Assembly (NCBI GenBank): GCA_041483195.1
Contig: JBGPFC010000014.1
Coordinates: 29,788-93,787 of the forward strand
Reading direction: 5' to 3'
Length of the DNA: 64,000 nt
Source of the DNA: Candidatus Eiseniibacteriota bacterium
GTDB lineage: Bacteria > Eisenbacteria > RBG-16-71-46
The position numbers and the translations under genes were made by a program. Each line of letters opens with the position of its first letter. Position 1 is the first letter of the stretch. Shown here piece after piece: positions 1 through 8,890 of the stretch. The notes beneath the pieces are model-generated. The model searched no databases, was not told where the DNA came from, and saw only the letters and a program-made list of their open reading frames with translations.

Positions 1-2876
1 TTGACCAGCGCGCCCGCTCCCACGATTCCGGCGTAGGTCAGTCGCCAGGTCGGCTGGGGGGTGCCCGGCGCGAAGGGGGCGTAGGTCAGCACGTCGAGAA
101 TCTCGTTCGGCGCGCTCAGCGTGCTGTCGTTGTTGATGTCGCGCAGGCGCACGTCGAGCTGCTGATCGCCCTGAGCCGTCTCGGCGAACGCGCGGAACTT
201 GACCCCTCGGCCCTGGAAGCCATTGGGCGCAACGAGCGCCGTGTCGCGGATCACGTTGTCGAAAACGATCCGGATGCTGTCCGGGAATCCCGGGCGGCGC
301 AGATTGGGCGAGGCGGTGCGAAGGCCCGTCACACGGGCCTTGAGATTCGTGAGGCTCCCCGCTGCGAAGCCGCTGCGGAGCGTGTCGGGCTTGGGGATCG
401 AATCGGTCCAGACCACGGGCAGCAGACCGTCGGCCACCGGGCCGACGCCCTCCCCGACCAGATCGGCTCCGGTGCGGAACAGGGTCTTGTGAGTCGTGCT
501 GTCGCGCAGGACGTAGCGATCGGCGCGGATGCTATCGGGCGCCGGCGCCGCGAACGAGATGGCGTAGAGATGCTGGTTCGGAACCAGCGCGGAATTGACC
601 GCGCGAATCTCGACCCGTCCCGAACCCGGACCGCGCGCCTGCTTCAGGTCGTGGACCCGGGCGGGCTCGTACCCCAGCACGCGCGCGTTGGGCCTGGCGC
701 TCACGATGTTCTTGGGCAGGATCGTCCCCCCGCGCGGCGTGCGCGAGACCGCGACCGCGCTCTCGGAGGGATAGAACTTGAACCGCGGGGAGTCCACCCC
801 GCGGTCGTACGAGCAGACGGCGTAGTAGTAGAGCTGACCGTCGGTCACCGTGGTGTCGGTCCAGGTGTGCGTGAGCCCGTTGTCGGTGCCGAGCCAGAAG
901 GACACGCCGTCCTGACTCTGGACCGAGTAACCCCGGATGCTGTCGGGCAGGTCGAACTGCGCGATCGCCTTTCCCACGCCGACCGGCGTGCTGCCGCGCC
1001 CGGTCACGATCACTCGCGGGTCGAGAAACTCGGGGTCGGTGGAGCGATAGATTCGATAGCCCTCGAACTCGTTCTCGTGGGTGACCGGATCGCGGTCGCG
1101 CTCCGCGACGTCGTCCCACGACAGCCGCACGAATCCGTCGCCGGCATCGGCGGTCACCGTCGGAGTCGGCGGCGGCACCGCGAACTGGTAGTTGGCGTCG
1201 TAGATCTGCTGCACCGTCTTGACCGTGCTCCGCAGCTCGGTGAGGTCGGCCCCGTAGGCGAGCGCGAGACTGAAGCGCTCGTTCTGCCCGGCCCGAAGCG
1301 TGAACGGGCCCGAGGCGAAGAGAAACGCGATGTTGTAGTTGGAAGCCAGCGCCGAGTCGAAGCGCGCCGCCGGGTTGGGATCGGTGAACTTCTGGAACAG
1401 CCGCTCTGGCCAGCGCGCGTCGTCCATGTAGAACAGGACCCCGTCCACGGTCTGATCGGGATTGGCGGGGTCGGCCTTGATCCGGTTCATCTTGAATCCG
1501 GTCAGTCCGATCTGGTCGGACTCGTCGAGGTCGGTCTGGTCGAAGTTGGGCTCGCCCGCGGTCGGGATGCCGTCCCCCTCGCCGGTGTCGAAGGTGCCGT
1601 TCACGCCGTCGGCGCCGACGTCGTCGAACTCCTGATCCCAGTCCATGTCCTCGTCGCCGGGCCACCAGCGGCCGTTCTTGTATGCGGGGCGGCCGCTGAT
1701 GGGCCCGTACTTCTGGGTGAACTTGACGGTGTCATAGGCGGCCGCGACCGCCGCGTAGATCGCGTCCTTGCCGGGGATCAGGGTGCCGGGGCCGCTGTCG
1801 CGCCGCTCGTCCACGATGCCGTCATCATCGTTGTCGATGCCGTCGAACGGCTTGCCCGGCGTCTCGAGGTAGGCGTAGCCGAGGTAGCCGGTCGGCGCGC
1901 ACGTGCTCGTCCGGTCGATCCCGTGACCCCGGTTGTCCCAGGTGTAGACGAGATTGAGCCCCGCGGATCGGTCGAAGAAGGCGTTGTCGTCGTCGGACTC
2001 TGCGATCCGATCGCACGAGACGGCAGAGCCTCCGACCCCGGAGTCCATGTAGAGGCCGAAGATGATGTTGTCGTTGTAGTCGGTGGTGCTCTCGTTGGTG
2101 ATGTCGTAGTGCCAGAAGATCACGTTGCCGGCCTGCGGGTTGGCCCACTGGAATCCGCGCACCTCGACGCGCAGGCCGAGCCCGAGCCGCGTGTTGTCGC
2201 GCGAGTCGGGGTAGTACTGCCAGGCGTCGTAGAAGTTGTCGTCCATCACCGTGTAGCTCTCCTGGTCGGCCGCCGCGCGCTTGCCGAAGTACCCGTTCCA
2301 GGAGCCAGCCCAGCCATAGTCGTCGGGATCGGTGAGCTTGTTGGGCCAGCGGTCGGGCCAGGTGCGCGGATCGGTGCTGATCGCCGGCGAGCGGCCGCGA
2401 TTCGTGTCGGGATCGGCCATGAAGTAGCCCGGCCTCGGCTCGAACCGCATCTGGCGGTTGAATCGCGGGCTGATGCCCTGCCGCTCGCGGAAGCCGGTCT
2501 CCATGATGTAGGTCTCGTCGCCGTTGGTCTGATTGACCTTCGCGAGCACGAAGGGCGTGATGCCATCGCTGTAGTTCATCCCGGTTCCCTTCGGCACCTC
2601 CACCGAGTGGAAAACGCTGAGGTCCACCTTGAGCGGGTCGGGGGGATAGTCGCCGACCATGCCGAAGTTGTAGAAGAGCGTGCGGATGTTGGACGCGTCG
2701 TGGACGCCCGAGCGCTCGGCGTCCACCCGGCCGCGCAGCTCGGGGGGCACGAGCGGCTGCAGCGCGGCGGGCGCTGCGGGCGCGGCCGGAGCCGACGACG
2801 CCTCGCGGGGCGCCGCGAACGCCGAAGCCGCGCACGCGACCACCAGCATCACCCGCATTCCGCGCACACCGATCAT
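1..2876 (-). CDS. Large secreted TonB-receptor partner protein (>958 aa, runs off the window); acidic Ca-binding-like loops and FN3-like domain; not SusD-like
   Basis: Absent from the ORF track because it is open at the edge. Hand translation: ATG 2876 (or GTG 2879) overlaps the TBDR stop (TGATG), with GGAGGAGG upstream. Signal peptide MIGVRGMRVMLVVACAASAFA, then HDASNIRTLFYNFGMVG...FEPRPGY...GLRVEVRGFQW...DGIDNDDDGIVDE...DVGADGVNGTFDTGEGDGIPTAGEPNFDQTDLDESDQIG...VRLSWDD...FEGYRIYRSTD...YYYAVCSYDRG. The frame is still in register at base 1. Confidence 0.85.
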   Translation of the reverse strand, partial: MIGVRGMRVMLVVACAASAFAAPREASSAPAAPAAPAALQPLVPPELRGRVDAERSGVHDASNIRTLFYNFGMVGDYPPDPLKVDLSVFHSVEVPKGTGMNYSDGITPFVLAKVNQTNGDETYIMETGFRERQGISPRFNRQMRFEPRPGYFMADPDTNRGRSPAISTDPRTWPDRWPNKLTDPDDYGWAGSWNGYFGKRAAADQESYTVMDDNFYDAWQYYPDSRDNTRLGLGLRVEVRGFQWANPQAGNVIFWHYDITNESTTDYNDNIIFGLYMDSGVGGSAVSCDRIAESDDDNAFFDRSAGLNLVYTWDNRGHGIDRTSTCAPTGYLGYAYLETPGKPFDGIDNDDDGIVDERRDSGPGTLIPGKDAIYAAVAAAYDTVKFTQKYGPISGRPAYKNGRWWPGDEDMDWDQEFDDVGADGVNGTFDTGEGDGIPTAGEPNFDQTDLDESDQIGLTGFKMNRIKADPANPDQTVDGVLFYMDDARWPERLFQKFTDPNPAARFDSALASNYNIAFLFASGPFTLRAGQNERFSLALAYGADLTELRSTVKTVQQIYDANYQFAVPPPTPTVTADAGDGFVRLSWDDVAERDRDPVTHENEFEGYRIYRSTDPEFLDPRVIVTGRGSTPVGVGKAIAQFDLPDSIRGYSVQSQDGVSFWLGTDNGLTHTWTDTTVTDGQLYYYAVCSYDRGVDSPRFKFYPSESAVAVSRTPRGGTILPKNIVSARPNARVLGYEPARVHDLKQARGPGSGRVEIRAVNSALVPNQHLYAISFAAPAPDSIRADRYVLRDSTTHKTLFRTGADLVGEGVGPVADGLLPVVWTDSIPKPDTLRSGFAAGSLTNLKARVTGLRTASPNLRRPGFPDSIRIVFDNVIRDTALVAPNGFQGRGVKFRAFAETAQGDQQLDVRLRDINNDSTLSAPNEILDVLTYAPFAPGTPQPTWRLTYAGIVGAGALV

Positions 2877-5530
2877 CACGATCCTCCTCCGCTCAAGAAT
2901 CCCCCGATCGCGACTCCGACCTCGAAGCGGCGCGGGGCCTGGAAGCGCGACGGGTCGGCGAGCGTGCTCTGGGTGCTCGAACTCGTGCGCGTGTAGTCGG
3001 GGCTCCCGGTGTCGTTGAACACGAATCCGTTGAAGAAGCGCGTGTCGAAGAGGTTGAACACGCGGCCGAACAGGCGCAGGTCGTGTCCCTGCGACAGCGT
3101 GCGCTCTCCGCGCAGGTCCACCAGCAGTGCGTTGGGCTTGCGTCCCGAGTTGGATTCGAGAATCCCGGTGAACGCCGTGGAGATCTCGGGCGTGTAGGGC
3201 TGGCCGCTGACCGCGCGCACCACCGTGCTCGCCATCCAGCGCTGAGGTTCGACCACCGTGAAGGTCAGATTGAGCGTGTGCCGTTGATCCCAGTTGAGCG
3301 GCACCAGCCGCGGCCGCGCGTCCTGGCCGGCCTCGGCGCGCGTGGCGGTCTCGCGCGGATCGCTGGCGTTCCCCTCGGCGATCTCCCATGTGTAGTCCAG
3401 GCTGGTGGTGAGCGGACCGAGCGCGCGGCGGTCGATGGCGAGCGTCAATCCGATCACGTTTCCGAAGTCCACGTTGGTGAGCCGCGCGTATTCGCCGGCG
3501 GCGTAGGTGGAGATGAACTCGACGCCGAGCAGGTCTCGGACGTCCTTGTAGAACACCGTGAAGTCGAGTCCCAGGTCCTCGGTGATCGCCTGCTTGTAGC
3601 CGAACTCGTATTGCACGGTGAACTCCGGCGAGATGTCGGGATTGCCGAACACCCCGAAGCGCTGCTCCCCCGCCTGGAGATTTGCGAGCACCGTATAGTC
3701 GGCGTTCTTGAAGATATCGCCGATCGACGGCAGCTGATAGAAATGACCGTACGAGAAGAACACCGCGGCGCGCGAGCCGACCGGATACGAGACGCCGATG
3801 CGCGGCGCGAGCGACACCTTCCGATGAGGACGCCCGTACGCCGAGCGGGGCGCGCCCGCGATCGCGTTCGCGGGGTTCGCGAGATTGGTGGGGATCCTGG
3901 AGCGCGAGTCGAAGTACTCCATGCGCAGCCCGCCGCGCACGGTCAGGTCGCGCCACTCGATCTGATCCTGGCCGAAGGCCCCGGCCAGCACCGGGCGGTA
4001 CTCCTGCACGTTGAGGAAGTCGGGCGGCTCGTCGATGTGGCGGGTCAGGCCCTGCACGCCGTTGACGGTGCCCTCGACGATGGTGCCCGGCGATCCGAAT
4101 CGCACGTCGGGCAGCTGCAGCTCGGCGCCCAGCTTCACCAGATGGTAGCGTTGCACCTGGCTCGACCACGAGCCCTTGCCCACGATCGCGTTCGTGGTCT
4201 GTACGAAGCGGCCGAGGTCAACGCCCTGCACGATCGCGCCCAGTCCGAAGGACGGGTCGGTCTTCGGGGCGCCCGCCCTGTCGTAACGCGGGTCGTACAG
4301 CTTGTCGTAGACCATGTCGCGATAGTCGACCAGGTTCTGGCGCAGCGAGAAGTTGTAGAAGCTCTTCGTCGAGAGCCGATGGGTCCAGTCGAACCCGTGC
4401 ACCAGATTCCACGTGCGCTGGGTCGGCATGCCGTCCGGGTTGAAGCGCCACGCGAAGGCGGCGCGGCGGCTGTCGATGAAATTGAAGAGCGCCTCGTAGC
4501 TCAGGGTGACGCTCTGCCAGGTCCGGTTCGTGACCTTCGCGACCCCGGACCACTCGTGGGAGTAGCCGAGCGAATGGGAGGCGTAGTCGCCGCTGCCCAC
4601 GAACACCTTGTTCGCGAAATCACCCCGATCGGTGGGCCGAAATTGCCGCACGGAGCGCAGGTAGCCATCGGACTCGTACCGCCGCCCGCTGAGCAGGAAC
4701 GTGGTGCCCGGGAGTCCCGTGGGACCGCTGAGGCTCCCCTGCAGCTGGTACACGGGGAGCGGCAGGAAGTAATTGGGGACCAGCCGGGCGCCGTGATTCG
4801 CGAACACGAAGCCGCCGTTGTAGCCCTCCGCGTCCCACGCCAGTCGATCGCCGCCGGACTTGATCACCGCGTTCACCACGCCGCTCAGCGCCTGTCCATA
4901 CTCGGCGTCGAAGGTCCCGCTGATGACCTGCACCTCCTGTAAGATCGAACGGTCGAGCTTGATGCCGGCCGAGTTGTCGTAGAGGTTGTTCACCGGAACT
5001 CCGCTCACCTGGTACTGCACTTCGCCGGTGCGCCCGCCGCGAATGTGACCGTCCACCACGCCGGCCTGGAGATTCACCATCTCCTGCATGTCCTGGACCG
5101 GCAGCTTGGCGATGTCCTCGGCGCGCAGAACGAATCGGGTGCTGGTGAGATCCGACTCCACCAGCGGGCGCGTGGCGACCACCTCGACGCCCTTGAGGTT
5201 GAGCGCCTCCTCCTCGAGCGTGACGTCGACCTTCGTGGTCCGGTCGGCCGACACCGCGACCCCGGTGACGGTCAGCGTGCGGCGCCCGATCATGCTGGCG
5301 CGGACGTCGTAGGTGCCGGGGAGCACGCCGAGAATGCTGAAGTAGCCGGCATCGTCGCTCAGGCTACCGAGGCGGGCGGCCGGCACCGAGACGTTCGCGC
5401 CGGCCAGCGGCTGGCCCTCCCGGTCGACGACCCGCCCGGCGACCTTACCCGTCGTCCCGGCATCCGCAATCCGAGCGGCGGCCGCCAGCGTGAAGCACGT
5501 GGCGGCCACCCAGAGTGGAATTCGTTTCAT
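2876..5530 (-). CDS. TonB-dependent receptor with N-terminal carboxypeptidase-regulatory-like domain
   Basis: Signal peptide MKRIPLWVAATCFTLAAAARIADA; GTTGKVAGRVVD...GANV; plug motif HIRGGRTGEVQYQVSG...ISGTFDAEYGQALSGVVN; barrel motifs APRIGVSYP, FSYGHFYQ, NPDISPEFTVQYEFG, VFNLFD, PRRFEVGV. Confidence 0.92.
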   Translation of the reverse strand: MKRIPLWVAATCFTLAAAARIADAGTTGKVAGRVVDREGQPLAGANVSVPAARLGSLSDDAGYFSILGVLPGTYDVRASMIGRRTLTVTGVAVSADRTTKVDVTLEEEALNLKGVEVVATRPLVESDLTSTRFVLRAEDIAKLPVQDMQEMVNLQAGVVDGHIRGGRTGEVQYQVSGVPVNNLYDNSAGIKLDRSILQEVQVISGTFDAEYGQALSGVVNAVIKSGGDRLAWDAEGYNGGFVFANHGARLVPNYFLPLPVYQLQGSLSGPTGLPGTTFLLSGRRYESDGYLRSVRQFRPTDRGDFANKVFVGSGDYASHSLGYSHEWSGVAKVTNRTWQSVTLSYEALFNFIDSRRAAFAWRFNPDGMPTQRTWNLVHGFDWTHRLSTKSFYNFSLRQNLVDYRDMVYDKLYDPRYDRAGAPKTDPSFGLGAIVQGVDLGRFVQTTNAIVGKGSWSSQVQRYHLVKLGAELQLPDVRFGSPGTIVEGTVNGVQGLTRHIDEPPDFLNVQEYRPVLAGAFGQDQIEWRDLTVRGGLRMEYFDSRSRIPTNLANPANAIAGAPRSAYGRPHRKVSLAPRIGVSYPVGSRAAVFFSYGHFYQLPSIGDIFKNADYTVLANLQAGEQRFGVFGNPDISPEFTVQYEFGYKQAITEDLGLDFTVFYKDVRDLLGVEFISTYAAGEYARLTNVDFGNVIGLTLAIDRRALGPLTTSLDYTWEIAEGNASDPRETATRAEAGQDARPRLVPLNWDQRHTLNLTFTVVEPQRWMASTVVRAVSGQPYTPEISTAFTGILESNSGRKPNALLVDLRGERTLSQGHDLRLFGRVFNLFDTRFFNGFVFNDTGSPDYTRTSSSTQSTLADPSRFQAPRRFEVGVAIGGFLSGGGS

Positions 5531-5544
5531 GGACTCTCGTGAAC

Positions 5545-5581
5545 CGCGAGTCGGCGGGGTTTGGTGCCCCGCCGGCTCGCG
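5545..5581 (-). terminator. Intra-operon stem-loop between the CBM9-like gene and the TBDR
   Basis: CGCGAGTCGGCGGGG-N7-CCCCGCCGGCTCGCG, 15 bp stem with one mismatch, weak U-tail; partial terminator or mRNA stabiliser. Confidence 0.55.
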
Positions 5582-5590
5582 CATTGAAAC

Positions 5591-7504
5591 CTAGTGCAGG
5601 CGAACCATCCGCCCGGTCGCGGTCGCGAGCGTCGCGTTCGAAACCGGATCGTAGGTCCTGAGACGATAGAGGTAAACACCGGCGGCCCAGTCGCGGCCGA
5701 GGACCGGAATCTGCTGTTCGCCAGCGGCCAGGCGCTCCCTCGTGAGACTCGCGACCCGCCGACCGGCGACGTCGAACACTTCGAACTTCACGTTCGCCGC
5801 CTGCGGGAGCGAGAAGCGGACGTAGGTTCCGACCCGGAACGGATTCGGCGCCGCGCCTCTCAGGGTCAGGCGCGAGACGTTCGCGCGCGGTTCCTCCGCC
5901 ACGTCCGTGACCGACCAGGTGGGTTTCATGTAGCACCACGCCGGGCCGCTGGTGTTGTCGTACTCACGGAACCACCAGGCCCGGTTGCCGTACGTGTCCT
6001 CGGCCACCTCGAACTGGTCCCCGTCGAACTCGGTGATCCCGAGGAACAACCGGCCGTCGCCGCGTCCCGGCGGATACCCGAGCTTGGTGAGGTTCACCGC
6101 CAGCTCGGCCTGATAGCCGTTGTCGATGTTGACCGCGGGATTCTCGATCACCGTGCCCGGCTTCAGATAGATCTGGGCTCGCGCGCCCCCCAGCGTGTCG
6201 CGCAGGGTGGCGAGGTAGTCGAGGGGCTTGAGCGAGCCGGTCGGGCCGACCTGGAACGACAGACGCCGTCCCTGCAGCACGTGGTCCTGGCCCTCCCTCA
6301 ACGAGTACTCGTTGAGCGAAACGCGGAAGCCGTCGTAGAGATCCTCGATGTTGCTGTACTGCACGTACTGGTCGCGCACGTCGAAGCCGAGGTACAGCGT
6401 GTCCTCGCGGAAGAAATAGTAGATCGTGCAGTCGGCGCGATCGGTGATGAATGCGAGGTTTCCGGCGATCGGGGGCTGGTACCAGCCGGCGAACTCCTTG
6501 CCAACGCTCGGATAGGTCAGGCGCAGCGGCTCGTCCCCATAGCGGATGTCGAAGTGCGGGGCGAGCGACCAGACGGCGTCGTTCAGCTGGCCATCGATGA
6601 CCGGCGCCGGCAAGTCGGCGCCGTTCGGAATCACCAGCTCGGGAGCCACGGTCGGAAGCGCGCCGGAATTGATCGTGACGGAGGGACGCGCGTAGATGCG
6701 CACCGAGTTGTAGCCGGGCGCGTTTCCCCACGGCCCCTGCCACCAGGTGCGATTCGCGCTCAGGAAGAACGTCGGCGGCCAGAACCAGTCGCAATCGTAG
6801 ATCGAGATATTGAACGGCACGACGTCGCCGCCGATGCCGGTGATGTCGTAGCCCACGCCATCGAGATTGAACATCATCTCGACCGTGTAGTGGCTGTCCG
6901 ATGAATCGGGATTTCCGCCGGTCACGTCGTCGGCGTTGCTGACGCCCGTGACCTTGGTCACCGCGTTCCACATGTCGATCTGCTGGGGGGTGCGCGCAAC
7001 CGTGTCCTGAGCGCCGAACTTGCCGCGGAACCCCGGCATCACGCCCGGTGCGCGCGGCGACGCCGCTTCCGGATGCCACCACGAGTAGAGGTACTCGGCG
7101 GGCGAGGCCGGGTGGGAGCCGGTGGTGCGATCCTTGATCTGCATGAGCAGGCCGTCGAATCGATTGAACAGCTCGGAACCGCCGATCGACCCGTCGGCGA
7201 CTTGAATCGCCATATAGAGCCGGTTGCCGTTCGTCAGGAATCTCAGGGTCGCGCGCAGCGGGTCGACGGGCAGGATGCCGCCCTCGGCCTTCCAGCCGCT
7301 GCCGGGGATGCCGGTGTCCTGCTGCCAGACGATCTTGATCGACTCGGCGAGCGCCCACGCCGGCTCGTTGAGGATGCCGTCGAGCGTGATCGGCGCTCCG
7401 GCGGTGGAGCGCGCCCACCACACGTCCTTCCGCGGCGGCTGGGCTTGGACCACGCTCGCGCTCGCGAGCGCGATCAGGACGATCGCAAGAATTCGTGATC
7501 TCAT
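5591..7504 (-). CDS. Secreted protein with two CBM9/DOMON-like sugar-binding domains and a T9SS/FlgD-like C-terminal domain
   Basis: Signal peptide; two copies of PxxDGxLxxxxWxxA (APITLDGILNEPAWALA; APVIDGQLNDAVWSLA), each followed by LYxxxxVxD; C-terminus GAAPNPF...EVFDVAGRRVASL...AAGVYLYRL...GRMVRLH. Confidence 0.75.
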   Translation of the reverse strand: MRSRILAIVLIALASASVVQAQPPRKDVWWARSTAGAPITLDGILNEPAWALAESIKIVWQQDTGIPGSGWKAEGGILPVDPLRATLRFLTNGNRLYMAIQVADGSIGGSELFNRFDGLLMQIKDRTTGSHPASPAEYLYSWWHPEAASPRAPGVMPGFRGKFGAQDTVARTPQQIDMWNAVTKVTGVSNADDVTGGNPDSSDSHYTVEMMFNLDGVGYDITGIGGDVVPFNISIYDCDWFWPPTFFLSANRTWWQGPWGNAPGYNSVRIYARPSVTINSGALPTVAPELVIPNGADLPAPVIDGQLNDAVWSLAPHFDIRYGDEPLRLTYPSVGKEFAGWYQPPIAGNLAFITDRADCTIYYFFREDTLYLGFDVRDQYVQYSNIEDLYDGFRVSLNEYSLREGQDHVLQGRRLSFQVGPTGSLKPLDYLATLRDTLGGARAQIYLKPGTVIENPAVNIDNGYQAELAVNLTKLGYPPGRGDGRLFLGITEFDGDQFEVAEDTYGNRAWWFREYDNTSGPAWCYMKPTWSVTDVAEEPRANVSRLTLRGAAPNPFRVGTYVRFSLPQAANVKFEVFDVAGRRVASLTRERLAAGEQQIPVLGRDWAAGVYLYRLRTYDPVSNATLATATGRMVRLH

Positions 7505-7592
7505 GGGAGCTGCCTCCTGCGGTCATAGGGCGAGGTGCGAAGCCTCAGAAGCAAGATGGACCAGGAAACCGGCGGCATCGGTCGCGCGGACG

Positions 7593-8636
7593 TCATGCGC
7601 CGAACACCGGGTGTGGGGTCATGGGTCTGCCGGCCGAGAGCGGGGCGCCGCTCGATTCCCGAATCACCAGGGAGGTCGGCAGGAGCTCGTGGCAGGAGGG
7701 CGCGGATGCTGGGCCATGCATCGCCGCGACCAGCAGCTGCACGGCGCGCTCCCCGAGACGGTAGGGCTCGACCCGGACGGTGGTGAGTCGCGGGGCGAGG
7801 TAGCTGGAAGTCGCGATGTCGTCGAAGCCCGTGACCACCACGTCTTCCGGCACGCGCAGTCCGGCCTCGCGGAGCGCGTGCATGGCGCCCACCGCCATGG
7901 AATCGTTGGCGGCGAACAGGGCGGCGGGGCGCGGCCCGCGCGCGAGCAACGCGCGAGCGGCCTCGTAGCCGGAGGCCTCCGTGAAGTTCCCGCGCACCTC
8001 GAGCTCCGGCGACGGCTCGATCCCGAGCTCGCGGAGCCCGGCGTGGTAGCCCTGGAGGCGCTGACTCGCATCGCGGTTGGTTTCGGGTCCGGCGATGAAT
8101 GCGATCTCACGGTGTCCGAGCGCGGCGAGATGACGCACCATCTCGAGCGCGCCGGTGAGATTGTCGGCGGCGACGCTCGCGCACCGGTCGGTCTCGAACC
8201 CGGGATTCACGAGCACGGTGGGAAACTGAGTGACGGCTTCCTCGAAGACGATCGGCGATTCGATATCGGGGGCCATCGCGATCAGTCCGTCGATGCGGCC
8301 GCGCATGGTCTGCAGCGCCGCGAACAACTCCCCGGGATCGGAGTGCGAGCTCGAGACGACGAGATGGAAGCCCTCGCGGCGGGCCGCGAGATCGATGCCG
8401 CGAATGATCTCGGAGAAGAACTCGCCGTAGAGGTCGGGGAGCAGGACTCCGAGCGCATGGGTGCGCTTGGTGATCAGGCTGCGTGCCGCGCCGTTGGGCC
8501 AGTAGCCCATGCGCTCGGCCACTTCCCGCACCCGCTTCGAGGTGTCCTCGCTCACGCGGGCGCTGCCGTTGAAGAGTCGCGAAATCGTGGCGATCGAGAC
8601 TCCGGCTTCTCGGGCCACATCGCGGATGGTTGGCAT
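7593..8636 (-). CDS. LacI-family transcriptional regulator
   Basis: MPTIRDVAREAGVSIATISR HTH, YWPNGAARSL hinge, periplasmic-binding-fold sensor (ANDSMAVG, VPEDVVVTGFDD, LTTV, IRES). Confidence 0.95.
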   Translation of the reverse strand: MPTIRDVAREAGVSIATISRLFNGSARVSEDTSKRVREVAERMGYWPNGAARSLITKRTHALGVLLPDLYGEFFSEIIRGIDLAARREGFHLVVSSSHSDPGELFAALQTMRGRIDGLIAMAPDIESPIVFEEAVTQFPTVLVNPGFETDRCASVAADNLTGALEMVRHLAALGHREIAFIAGPETNRDASQRLQGYHAGLRELGIEPSPELEVRGNFTEASGYEAARALLARGPRPAALFAANDSMAVGAMHALREAGLRVPEDVVVTGFDDIATSSYLAPRLTTVRVEPYRLGERAVQLLVAAMHGPASAPSCHELLPTSLVIRESSGAPLSAGRPMTPHPVFGA

Positions 8637-8695
8637 GCTGGTTCCCGTGTGAGTCGCGTTTGGGCTGGAGGGAGACCCTGCTCGGGCCGGACCCA

Positions 8696-8730
8696 TGAAA
8701 ACGATTACATGCGGAGCCTGCGCATGTCAA
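8696..8730 (-). promoter_or_regulatory. LacI-type operator 1 with upstream -35 (leftward promoter)
   Basis: Minus strand reads TTGACA-N15-TGTAATCGTTTTCA (operator 8696-8709), fitting the LacI-family TGWAANCGNTTWCA pattern. Confidence 0.7.
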
Positions 8731-8772
8731 CGATTTGTCGGGCACCGGCGGAACCCAATCGAACGAAAGGGA

Positions 8773-8807
8773 TTGACTGGGGAGGCCCTCGGATGTAATC
8801 GGTTACA
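8773..8807 (+). promoter_or_regulatory. LacI-type operator 2 with upstream -35 (rightward promoter)
   Basis: TTGACT (8773-8778)-N15-TGTAATCGGTTACA (8794-8807), a near-perfect palindrome. Confidence 0.75.
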
Positions 8808-8890
8808 CCGATCTTCGGTCTGCACGCCGTCTCCTGGCCCCTGAAGATCGCGCGGACCGGCTTACACACTGCCTACCAGGCGGAGATCCC

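Noticed and set aside
489..2996. 835 aa plus-strand ORF and similar long antisense ORFs (e.g. 3083-4942, 48874-51453, 59508-63038)
   Set aside because: Shadow frames of real genes on the opposite strand in high-GC DNA; R/V/G-rich with no motifs
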